A stretch of DNA of 39,605 bases from Octopus bimaculoides (GCF_001194135.2 NC_068982.1:44956452-44996056); one strand, 5' to 3'. Counted from the stretch's first letter, positions 21,901-32,582 are shown. Notes: a model not told the origin generated them from the sequence alone. Program-made: numbers and translations.

Positions 21901-22865
21901 TGACTTTATATACTTCAGACTGGCTGAGGTGACTTGAGTGCGTGGCTTTGACAAACTGCAAAACAACGAAATGTGTATCTCATTCTCGCTGTCGCTTCTG
22001 GAACGGTTTTGTTTCATCTAGTTCTGAAGTACATTGTTTTTGAACACATTACGTCTATAAAGGTAGCTTCCTTGCAGCCTCTGGCTTTTCATAAAGTTGT
22101 ACTTACGTTAAGGAGGTCATATGATGATTGTTTTTGTGCGTTTTTGAATGACAAATATGTCTTCAACGCAATAATTGTTTTAGTTTCAATACAGTCTCAC
22201 ATCAAATCACTTGCCAGGCAAGTAGATCTCCAACATTTTGGAATTCATTATATTTTTAGATAGAATTAATTCATGTGCTCTGTAGTGTATTATTTAACTT
22301 TTTTCATAAAAATATATATGGATGTGTGTATGAGGTGTAAATGCGTGTTTATGCCCCTGCCTCTGATTAGGTATGCAGCTATGTAATGCCTCGAGCTGCA
22401 AGGAGTTAAACACCCCCTCCTTTGCATAGTTAAACCATTGTCCTATAGTGGAAGCTCCTCATTTGAGCCAAGTACTGATGGAGAAAACTCTAATGGAAAC
22501 TATGTCTCATGACAACAGTGAGATAGGGCCAACGCTACGGACTAGCCAAACAAGGCAACCATCTGGGGCGCTAAAATGGGGCTCCATGAAAACTTGGTAA
22601 TAAAGAAAGCGGGAAAGGTCGCTCCCGGAATAAAGCGAGGATGATGATGGAGGACATGAGAGACGTGTGGTATTATGACCTGCCGATGATTTGACATGAA
22701 ATATTTTGCTCAGACACTCACTCAGTGATATACATATTTTACATTACTCGTTTATAATCATAAAACCATAGATTTCCTGTTCACAATTTAACTACAATTA
22801 TTCGACTGCATCTTTCAGTTCGTGTTATAAAGGTAAATAGCTGGATGATGTTGCAGAAAACATTG

Positions 22866-22975
22866 GAAAAGGGGCTACCACTGTTGGGCTGGAAGAAGGA
22901 AGCGTACATCGTAAGGATGAGAAAAGGGGCGCACATTGTAGGGATAGGAGAAAAGGACGCATATTATAAGGTTGA
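22866..22975. repeat. Degenerate minisatellite (about 27-29-bp unit, about 4 copies)
   Basis: Units such as AAAAGGGGCGCACATTGTAGGGATAGGAG and AAAAGGACGCATATTATAAGG. Confidence 0.45.
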
Positions 22976-24264
22976 CCAAGGGCACTGAATACCCTTGCAG
23001 CAGCTCTATTTTGGGGGTAAACATTTGCTTGAAATTCCTGGTATCCAACTAGTCCTTAGCAATGAGAAGCAATTCGGCTTTTCAAGGGAATGTCATTAGT
23101 CCCTTCCAAAAGCTAGATATGTTTAAAAGAAACTCTTATAAACAGCCTTCTTGATTATGTACTATCCGTACCTTCACAGAGAATTATAACCTGGAGAGTG
23201 ATCATTAAATACTTATAATGGTAGTTAGGATCGTAATCAGCTNNNNNNNNNNNNNNNNNNNNNNNNNNNNNNNNNNNNNNNNNNNNNNNNNNNNNNNNNN
23301 NNNNNNNNNNNNNNNNNNNNNNNNNNNNNNNNNNNNNAGTCAGTGGGGATGTTTCAGAGTTATTAGTTTCAGAGTCCAAGTCATTGAGAGAAGACGACTT
23401 CATACTTTGTTGCTTCAATGTTTTAAGTCAACGCGGTATAGCCTGTACTTGGTACTTCAACTATCTAGACATAGCCGCTAAATCTTGTTCAGATCATACA
23501 CAATTGTCTTAAATAAGGAAAGGATACAGGAAAGGGATAATATGGTCCTCAGTTTTAGTTCCTCTTAACGCCCCATCGAGTTTTGGGGATCAAAAGTTTA
23601 CTCTTCCTTTCTATAGCAATTTGATCCCTGAAGGCTAGGATTAGGTGGTTAACCTTGCACTCCACTGCAGTCCTCTTATAAGCCCTTCGAATCACTGTCT
23701 TTCATCATAAGTCCGTTCAAACAGCTGGTCCTGGTGCTAAACAACAACAACCTTTATACATGTGAACAAAATAAAGTAAAAATAAATTACAAGTTTTCGA
23801 AAGTTTTTCTGGCGTGACAGTTAACTACTATAGCTGTATTGTGATGATAATACTGATATAGATAGCAGTAATATATACTGTAGCAATAGATTTACTCTTC
23901 AATAGAATTAGAGTAATATTTAGCGTCTGTGATACTGTGGTTTTTAACCTTAGTTGTGGTGATAGTAGTGCTGATTGTACAGAGCTACGAAATAACAAAG
24001 AGGATAGGCGGTCAAGTACTGTACACTCAATGTGTCAACAAGCAACTCTTATCGATAATAAACACTCCGCAACTCAAACATATACGAGTTTAAAATCATG
24101 TGACAAAGTTCGTGTTACATAAAACACTTAAGCTGCATCGAGTTGCTGCAAACGAGATTTCTGAACGAAAGGGAACCCAATCGGTGAGTTAGGGGTTGTT
24201 TGAGTGTTCGAACACCGATGAAAATTTTCTGAAAACTACCATAACAGGTGACGATAGCGTTTAA

Positions 24265-24312
<48 letters not shown>

Positions 24313-25195
24313 GAGAGAGAGAGTGATGAGTAACAACGGATGCGTTTAGTGCGCAACAAATTTACCATTCAGGTCGCGGGTCTTATTAGTAATCACGTAT
24401 TAAACTCCCACCGTTTCGTGAGGGAGTTTAATGTGATACGGTCTGGGACGTACTATAATGCAATATAAAGAGTACACCAATAACGTGAGGAAAATCATAT
24501 GCATGAACTTGGCATCCCTTTATCTTATCCATTCCATATGTTTCAATATTCAGTGATAGATAGATAGATAGATAGATAGGCGGACGGATGGATTAGGTAC
24601 TTAAACTGAGGCACATCGTTAGGTCGGAATGATATACACACACAACAATATTATGTAGATATCAAACTTGGTACGTTACGTACCAAGTTTGGCCGAATGA
24701 TATTCTTGCAGTGTATGTAGTGAAGAAATCCGCTCTTGAGCTTTTCAGACATGTACATAAAATTAAATATACGGTCCATAATATTCACGAAGGGCAAATT
24801 CCGAGACTAATAAAATATAAATGGGTAACGGTTGAGGTACAGGTGTACCTCTACTATTTCTCATTTAGATTTTATAGGTAGATGATAGATGGATGAATGG
24901 ACGGACGGGTGAGCGGGTTTTGAACGGATGTAATAAATGGATATATAAGCTGTTAAGCGAAACGTCATTTCTCAGTCAAAATTAATTTTATAAGACTCGT
25001 ATTAAGCGCTTTAGCAGATTTCTCCCTCCATCAATAACTATTTTGTTATTCCTTCGAAATAACCCAAACATTACTGATACATATTTTATCAACTTGTGAC
25101 GATGGGAGACAAAATCGACTATTGAGGGATTTGATCTCAGGATTTTGCCATCTCTGTGTAATATGCTTTACATTTTGCCATTTGGCCAACATTTT

Positions 25196-25588
25196 TAGGG
25201 AGTAATGGGGAAGTCGATTACGCCGACGTCAGTACTTGACTGGTATATTGTGCTTTCGACTCTGAGATGAAAGACAAAATCGACTTCGGTGGAATTTGAA
25301 CTCGGAACATTAAGAGCGGAAGAAATGCCGCCAAGCACTTCTTTCCGACGCGCTAACGAGTCTGCCAGCTTGCTGCATTGCCTCTGTGTAATGTCTTTGC
25401 AATTTTCCACAAGGTCATCAATTTTGAGGTAAGGAGTAAGTCGATTGCATCGATCCAGTACACAACTGGTACTTATTTTTGTCGACCTCATGGCTTTTGA
25501 ACACAGAACGTAAAGAGCTGGAAGAAATACCGCTAAGCATTTTTATTTTTATTTTTGTGGTATGCTAACTATTCTGCTAGCTCGTTGC
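25196..25588 (-). mobile_element. Two tandem SINE-A copies (about 25196-25375 and 25404-25588)
   Basis: Reverse complement of the SINE-A head and body twice; each is followed on the plus strand by GCCTCTGTGT..AATG. Confidence 0.8.
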
Positions 25589-25746
25589 TATGCCTCTGTG
25601 TAGTAATGATGTAGAAAAAAATCACATCATGATGGGGGAGGTATGTAGTCAATGTAAATAAATTTCAGTATTTGACCTTGTACATGTTTTATCAACCCGG
25701 AAAGATGAATGTCAAAGGAAAGGGTGCAGTGTAACATTATGTATTT

Positions 25747-25800
25747 CAACCGGACTTCTCGTATTAACCTGACTTCTCGTATTAACCGGACTTCTCGTGT
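25747..25800. repeat. 18-bp tandem repeat x3
   Basis: CAACCGGACTTCTCGTAT / TAACCTGACTTCTCGTAT / TAACCGGACTTCTCGTGT. Confidence 0.95.
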
Positions 25801-26109
25801 TTCTCAACGTCTCTCTCTCAAAATATTTCTCGCAAATTTACTGCACATCCTAGAAGACAAAGGTTACATTTTACATAAGTCAGTTTTAAGCCCAGAAGAG
25901 GATCGTCTGTGCTAAACTTACTGTGTCTGTTCGTAATGTAAAAGTAGAAAACATGCTGACTACAAATCAACTTTTTCATAGAGGAGGGGACAAATTGTCG
26001 TGTTTTAATGAAATTAAGAGGTCTATAAACTTGTATAGCACCATGACAAAAAAAGAAGAATTGTACGGATGCAAAATCTTTTGTTTTCTTATTAATACAA
26101 GAGGAAGTA

Positions 26110-26306
26110 AGGCGGTGAGATGGCAGAATCGTTGGAGGGGTCGGAAAAAAGTTCCTTGTGTTATTTATTTACGACTCTTTACGTTCTGATTTCAAATCCT
26201 GCCGAGGTCAACTTTGCCTTTCCTCTCTGTGGTGGATTAATTTAAGTACCAGACAAGTAATGAGGTCTGTAGTATTCACTAACTCTCACCAAAATTGTTG
26301 CCCTTA
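26110..26306 (+). mobile_element. SINE-A (diverged)
   Basis: GGCGGTGAGATGGCAGAATCGTT...CGTTCTGATTTCAAATCCTGCCGAGGTCAACTTTGCC. Confidence 0.75.
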
Positions 26307-26630
26307 TTGCCGAACTGCTAGGTTACGGGGACGTAAACACAAACATCGTTTGTCAAGCGATGGTGGGGGAACAAACACATACACAAATATATATGCATAT
26401 ACCATGTGGTTGGGATATATATATATATATATGTCTTTGTTTCCCACCCATCGCTTGACAATCGGTGTTGGTTTATTTACGTCCCCGTAACAGCGATTCG
26501 GTACAAGGAACCGATAAAATAAGTATCAGGTTTTGAAAATAAACATTGGTGATGATTTGTTCAACTAAACTTTTCAAGGCGGTGCTCCAGCATGGCCGCA
26601 GTCCAATGACTGAAACAAGTAAAAGATAAA
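26307..26630. mobile_element. Inverted pair of SINE-E fragments (+ 26307-26385, - 26433-26630) around (TA)n
   Basis: GTTACGGGGACGTAAACAC..TTGTCAAGCGATGGTGGG on plus; CCCATCGCTTGACAA..TTACGTCCCCGTAAC and GGCGGTGCTCCAGCATGGCCGCAGTC on minus. Confidence 0.8.
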
Positions 26631-27296
26631 CGATATGATTAGACTTCTGAGACCTAAAAAAACTGTTTGATTCAGTATTAATGTTACATAAAACAATATT
26701 TGGAAACAGTCCCAACAACTTTTTGCTGTTATTTAGAAAGTAATAAAATCTTGTCAAGCTAATCATGTGACCGAATTACACTGTGTAACAATTCTTTTTT
26801 TTTCTTTTCTTTTTTTCTTTGGTCAGTAAGTGTTATTTCCACTTTGCTTCTATCTAGAAATCAAAGGAAATGACTACTATTCCTTTCAAACTTTGCTTTT
26901 CTGAGCTTGACATCAATGTTTTGAAACCGACCTATTTTCCATTACATTTCAGAAAGATTCAGCGCTGAGTTGCTCTAGTAGAAATATCGTTATAGCAAAT
27001 ATTCTTCGCAATACCACAGATTTACTTGTCAGTTGCTTGACCTTAACCATTTCAGCATGTCTTTTAGGGCTGACAATGTGTATCTCTGATGTGTATTTCT
27101 AATCACAGTTTGTATCTCTGATCATGAGCAGGAATAGTGGGGAAGCATCGTTGAGATGGATTCTTTGGGGCTTGAATAAACATTAAGGAAAGTAAAGTTT
27201 GAAGGAAATATTAACCATTTTTCATACTTTTTAAGGGTAGGCAAATTAGAAATAACCGTTGCTATCCGAGGACAAAAATCATGAGACATAGTGTTA

Positions 27297-27394
27297 TTTT
27301 ACTCTTTTACTTGTTTCAGTCATTTGATTGCGGCCATGCTGGAGCACCGCCTTTAGTCGAGCAAATCGATCCCAGGACTTATTCTTTGTAAGCC
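27297..27394 (+). mobile_element. SINE-E 5' fragment
   Basis: CTTTTACTTGTTTCAGTCATTTGATTGCGGCCATGCTGGAGCACCGCC is the reverse complement of the 26575-26630 motif. Confidence 0.8.
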
Positions 27395-27543
27395 TCCACT
27401 CACAAGGCTTTGGTCGGCCCGAGGCTATAGTAGAAGACACTTGCCCCAGGTGCCACGCAGTGGGAGTAGACCCGGAACCATGTGGTTGGTAGCAAGCTAC
27501 TTACCACACAGCCACTCCTGCGCCTATAGCCACTCCTGCGCCT
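27395..27543 (-). mobile_element. SINE-C with a duplicated 16-bp head segment
   Basis: Homologous to 8674-8833. AGCCACTCCTGCGCCT occurs twice (about 27510-27525 and 27528-27543). Confidence 0.85.
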
Positions 27544-28116
27544 TTTATGTCTAAGTAATAATCACCTCTTTTTCAAAACTTTACGGAGTTGATATATATT
27601 TTAATACTAAATCTGTTATTTCTGTTTAAAATGGCACAGAAGGTTTATAGGAGGAAACCTCGAGGCCGTAAATCACTAACAGTTCTCTTACTGACCTAGA
27701 AACATTTATGGTAGCAAAAAATAATTTGACCTCGTAACATTGAACTCACGTTATTCTGTAACTGTATTAAAATATTGTCTTCGTATACGCTAAAATTTTG
27801 TCAGTGATTCATAGAACGTCATTTGTAATGATTTCTTACGACATTAAAACGTGTTTCAAATCAGACTAGATATTTTCCTCTGATGAAATTATCTTTATAT
27901 CCTAAGTAAAAATTCCTTCTCATGTTTCTGCCCATTACGCTATTTGGGTTTTTGTATACCCCTTCACTCCGTGACCCCCTGACTGTATAAATTTCCGTTG
28001 CAAAATATAATTTGTACCTATACACAATCATCGATGATGTGCTGGAGCAGCTGTAGTCTATTAAACTGAATATAAAAAATATTTCCTGCAGACCAACGGT
28101 GGGATAAAATGCAATG

Positions 28117-28192
28117 TCGAAGACGACTGCAAGATTTGAACTCGGTTACAAAATTAACTACTGCTCAGTGCGTTACCATCTGTACCACCCTT
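28117..28192 (-). mobile_element. Degenerate tRNA-like SINE head
   Basis: Minus strand has TGGTACAGATGG (A-box-like) and GAGTTCAAATC (B-box). Confidence 0.4.
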
Positions 28193-28240
28193 ACAGACTT
28201 GATAGTTACATCACAAATTGCATTTATAAATAATAATAAT

Positions 28241-28454
28241 AATCCTTTCTACTATAGGCACAAGGCCTGAAATTTGTGAGGTGGGGGACAATCGATCACA
28301 TCGACCCAGTACTTGACTGGTACTTTATTTGTCGACCCCGAAATGATGAAAGGCAAAGTCGACCTCAATAGAATTTGAACTCAGAACGTAGCGACAGACG
28401 AAATACCGCTAAGTGTTTGGCCCGGCGTCCTAGCAATTCCGGCAGCTCGCCACC
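28241..28454 (-). mobile_element. Full-length SINE-A with (AAT)n flanks
   Basis: Complete head, body and tail on the minus strand; target site CGGTATTTCGTCTG is uninterrupted. Confidence 0.9.
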
Positions 28455-28921
28455 TCAATAATGATAATAACAATAATAATTATTATTATTATTATTTCAA
28501 ATTCTTACCATAANNNNNNNNNNNNNNNNNNNNNNNNNNNNNNNNNNNNNNNNNNNNNNNNNNNNNNNNNNNNNNNNNNNNNNNNNNNNNNNNNNNNNNN
28601 NNNNNNNNNNNNNNNNNNNNNNNNNNNNNNNNNNNNNNNNNNNNNNNNNNNNNNNNNNNNNNNNNNNNNNNNNNNNNNNNNNNNNNNNNNNNNNNNNNNN
28701 NNNNNNNNNNNNNNNNNNNNNNNNNNNNNNNNNNNNNNNNNNNNNNNNNNNNNNNNNNNNNNNNNNNNNNNNNNNNNNNNNNNNNNNNNNNNNNNNNNNN
28801 NNNNNNNNNNNNNNNNNNNNNNNNNNNNNNNNNNNNNNNNNNNNNNNNNNNNNNNNNNNNNNNNNNNNNNNNNNNNNNNNNNNNNNNNNNNNNNNNNNNN
28901 NNNNNNNNNNNNNNNNNNNNN

Positions 28922-28972
<51 letters not shown>

Positions 28973-29124
28973 AGAGAGAGAGAGAGTTAATAGAGGAGAT
29001 CGGGAGAATCTCTATATAGAAAATACTTAGCGCTCAAAAGATTTGAACTTACACTCCGAGGACCAAGTCAGTGGGGTAAAGAGTGACTATAAGGGGAATC
29101 CAAGTGCACAGATATGGAGACAAT

Positions 29125-29222
29125 GATACAAACAAACAGATAAAATTTCTTGGGTTTGATATACACAATATATATATATATTTTATATCAAACCTAAAGA
29201 ATTTTATCTGTTTATTTGCATC
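29125..29222. repeat. Inverted repeat (39-bp arms) centred on (TA)n
   Basis: GATACAAACAAACAGATAAAATTTCTTGGGTTTGATATA (29125-29163) against TATATCAAACCTAAAGAATTTTATCTGTTTATTTGCATC (29184-29222); about 34/39 complementary. Confidence 0.9.
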
Positions 29223-30730
29223 CGTCTCTCTCTCTCACTGTGTGTGTGTGTGTGTGTGTTAAAAGTTATGGTCGTTTAAATCAACTCGATTATATATTAT
29301 ATTACTGTATTTAATCGCCTCTCTGGAAAATAGCCTGCAAAATCGATTCAGCATTAAATATTTGGAGACTTGCTATGAAACAGTCAGTTCGATTGCCTAC
29401 CGGTCGCGACATCGATACCATTCTAATAATCGTAATGTTTTCGTACGTGAATACTTTCATCCATACATCGTCTCAGTGTCGTAAGGAAGGGCGTTAGATT
29501 TTGAAGAAGTTCATCCAAATTTCAATGCCCATAATTAGTTTCAAAGATTTTTTTTTATGTTTGTAATACCAACTATTTCGTAAAACCATATATAAAGACT
29601 GTGCTATTCAGGTGCCGTCGTTTTTGACTCTGCACTAGTTTTTTTCTGTAAAAATTACTAAAAGAAAAGAAAACGAAAAATTTTGTCGATAACTTCAGAA
29701 AAGATATAAAAGAATCTGTGACATTTATATCTTTTCAAAGAACATTACCGGTATAAAATGAAATGATTTCAAAGGGAGAATATAAATCTGGTCTCCGATA
29801 TCGATTTGAATAGAAAATCCCATTGATTAGGTGCGTACGCCACAAAAATGATTTCTTGCATAAACACAAAGCCTCAAGTTTGGAATAGTAACCAAATTTC
29901 ACTCAAATCACACATCTTAAAAATGTGATGATACATTTGATAATGTAGTCCTAGGTATCTTTTACTTGTTTCAGTCATTAAACTGCGGGTCACGGCTAGA
30001 ACGTCTACCATCATGCTTACTTAGGGCTAATCTGAGGATATGCAATTACAATGAAAAAGTGAGGTTAACCAAGTGATTGGCTCCGACTAAAATCGAAACC
30101 GTATTGCCAACCGATAAACTACTTCTATTCTATGTTGACCAAAACAATAGCAAACACCCCCAAAGTCATAGGGAAGTGCCGTAGTCTATTAAATTTACTT
30201 CCAACAGATATCAGGTACTTATTTAATACACCTTCCACGCTCCGTCTGAACGGCAAAGTCAGCTCTGTGGTTCCTGTGGAGACCGATCTAAACGCTGAAA
30301 AGTAGGCATTCTGTTATTTCTTTTACACTATCACACTCAGCCTGTTTATAACGTTTTCTAACATACGAGTACGTGCAAAGCTATATATTTTGAGAGAGGT
30401 AGGGAGCAGTCGATTGAATCTTTTGACTAATTCTTATTTTATCAGTCCTACGAAGGGTAAAGGGCCAAGTTTTAATGGGAAATAAATGAATATAAAATTT
30501 TTGTTCGACAGTTTAATAACTGTGATAAACCACCGCCCTTCTTCACCACTATAATAATGGCTTCTTTTGAGTAAGCAGTAAGTAAATTGCCCGAGAAGAT
30601 TATAGTCGATCAGACCAACTGCAATAAATAACTGGTATTGACAATTGTTTTATCAAAAGAGCCGATAATAAACAAACTCATTATATTCTACTTCAATGAA
30701 ACCTGTTGTTACTACTGTTATTATTATTAA

Positions 30731-30782
30731 GGAAGCGAGCTGGCAGAATCGTTAGCACGCCGGGCAAAATGCTTAGCGGTAT
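30731..30782 (+). mobile_element. SINE-A head (5' half of split SINE)
   Basis: GGAAGCGAGCTGGCAGAATCGTTAGCACGCCGGGCAAAATGCTTAGCGGTAT; continues at 32425. Confidence 0.9.
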
Positions 30783-30918
30783 AACGGCTCAGTGAATTGT
30801 TGTGAATTATTGTGAATACTGATGTGTTACTTTGTGAAAACTGTCTCGGTGAATAATTGTGATTTTTGTGGAATTATTACGGTTGCATTTCACGTGAGCT
30901 GCTGCATTTTCCCCAGCT

Positions 30919-31857
30919 ATGGTAAGTGGTAGTGTCTCCAGTATGGAGAGCTACGCCAAGGTCACTGCGGTGAGGAAGCCAGTGCCGCTGGAAACCAAGT
31001 TAATCAAGTTGGATATGGAGGTGGTGACCAGAAGCAGGAATTTGATAGAAGTTGAGGGAGACTCGTACAAGTTATGTCCCCCAAAAGAGACTAAAGAAAC
31101 TAAAATTCTGAGGACAGTAGTGTATCGTACACAGGCTGTAGAAACCGGTAAAATTGAAATGGTGACGGAAGAGGAAATCGAGGAGTGCTTGGGTGAAATT
31201 GTCAATGAAGCCACGTACATCAACAGAGGAAGAAAGTTCGGTACGGTTGAGGTGAGGTTCGCCACTGTAGAAGAGGCAACCAAGCATGCAACCAACATAT
31301 TAAGAAGTGAGAAAATAGCATTACTACCAAGTTATAGAGGAAGAAGTGTGAAAATACGAATTCCCAGAGTTACACCAGATATTAAACCAGAGTGGTTGGT
31401 TGCAACAGTGCTGGCTGCAACCAAGGAGGAGCCGGAATTGGGACCAGTGGCGATAACAAAAGTGTGCAAATGGTGGGGATTTGGACTCGAAATGTGGCCT
31501 TTTGCCACATTCGAGGACATAGAAAGAATTCCCTACCAGATAGAAGTGGAGGACGAGAAAACGTTAAATGTCGCAGTCGAGGGAAGAAAACCAAATTGTT
31601 ATATATGCTGGGAGAGAGGTCATATGAAGACCAAATGCCCCCTATATGAGTTCACACAGCCACAGCAAGAGAAAGCACAAACAGAGGAGGAAAGAATTGT
31701 AGACCAAACTGAGGAAATAAAAGAGAGACAGAAGTGTGAAACCGAGAAAACAAAGAAGAACGAAAATGGAGCTACTAACCCTAAAAAGCGAAGGAAAAAT
31801 AAGTCAAAGGAACGGTCAACAGAACACAAAAAAAGAGATAAAAAAGCCAGAAACTAA
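30919..31857 (+). CDS. L1/Tx1-type ORF1 nucleic-acid-binding protein (RRM-like region plus CCHC knuckle; ZCCHC3-like architecture)
   Basis: 312-aa ORF with N-terminal SYAKV, GTVEVRFATVEEA, VKIRIPRVTPDI..EW, then VAVEGRKPN-CYICWERGHMKTKC (CX2CX4HX4C, 31597-31638) and a K/E-rich tail. Confidence 0.8.
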   Translation: MVSGSVSSMESYAKVTAVRKPVPLETKLIKLDMEVVTRSRNLIEVEGDSYKLCPPKETKETKILRTVVYRTQAVETGKIEMVTEEEIEECLGEIVNEATYINRGRKFGTVEVRFATVEEATKHATNILRSEKIALLPSYRGRSVKIRIPRVTPDIKPEWLVATVLAATKEEPELGPVAITKVCKWWGFGLEMWPFATFEDIERIPYQIEVEDEKTLNVAVEGRKPNCYICWERGHMKTKCPLYEFTQPQQEKAQTEEERIVDQTEEIKERQKCETEKTKKNENGATNPKKRRKNKSKERSTEHKKRDKKARN

Positions 31858-32206
31858 TAATGTACAAGAGGAGGAGGAGAGAACGGATAAAGATGTGAAA
31901 TACAAGGGGGTTTTGATGAAGTACGAGAATTGCGAGCAGATGGAGAGAAAAGTCGAGAGGTTGAGAGAAATAATAAGAGTGAAAATGCCGGAGAAATGTG
32001 CTGAAAAATGCATTTTGAAAAGTGAGGAAAGATGCTGGGAGTGCATAAAAGAACTTGGTGAAAATATAATAACGAAACGGATATGGTTGGTGGAGACACC
32101 ACACCCTAGAACTGATTATTTGCAGTTGTTAAGGACGGACGTAACAATGATTAATGGAAGAAAAATAACGCGAGTATTTCAATTTTTTGAGTTGCAAAAC
32201 CGTTAA
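31736..32206 (+). CDS. Overlapping +1-frame ORF carrying a C-terminal domain of unknown function (either frameshifted ORF1 continuation or a second ORF)
   Basis: GVLMKYENCEQMERKVERLREIIRVKMPEKC aligns with GIYLMSYRYTQKIEKKISKIKDIVKVDLSDGC in the 13-kb element. Confidence 0.55.
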   Translation: MKPRKQRRTKMELLTLKSEGKISQRNGQQNTKKEIKKPETNNVQEEEERTDKDVKYKGVLMKYENCEQMERKVERLREIIRVKMPEKCAEKCILKSEERCWECIKELGENIITKRIWLVETPHPRTDYLQLLRTDVTMINGRKITRVFQFFELQNR

Positions 32207-32424
32207 AATGTTTACATGACGTTGAACGTAAAAGTGACAAACTGGATAAATGTAACCACCCGACTTGGGGGATCGAGTGGACATTGCGCCTCATTTTTTT
32301 TCATTCTTGCATATTATCATTTTATTTTAATTACCCCGATTTTATGTTTGCGGTTTGTACTGTCTTTATGTTTTGTGATGTCTTAAAAATTCTTTGTATA
32401 GCCCTTTATGGGTAATAAAGAAAT

Positions 32425-32575
32425 CGGCATTTCATCTGTCTTTACGTTCTGAGTTCAAATTCCGCCGAGATTAGGGGACGATAAAATAAGTGCTAATTAA
32501 GAAATGAAGTCGATTACATCGACATTCCCTCTTAAAATTTCAAGCCTTATACCTGTTGTAAAAAGAATTATTTAT
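32425..32575 (+). mobile_element. SINE-A 3' half (continuation of 30731-30782)
   Basis: CGGCATTTCATCTGTCTTTACGTTCTGAGTTCAAATTCCGCCGAG resumes at the duplicated target. Confidence 0.9.
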
Positions 32576-32582
32576 TTAGTGA

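Larger units (their letters stand above)
30783..32424 (+). mobile_element. Apparently full-length (1642 bp) ORF1-only Tx1/L1-like non-autonomous retroelement
   Basis: Flanked by candidate TSD CGGTAT (30777-30782) and CGGCAT (32425-32430) within a split SINE-A. Has a 5'UTR, ORF1, a second short ORF and a 3'UTR ending AATAAAGAAAT. No RT or endonuclease. Confidence 0.85.
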
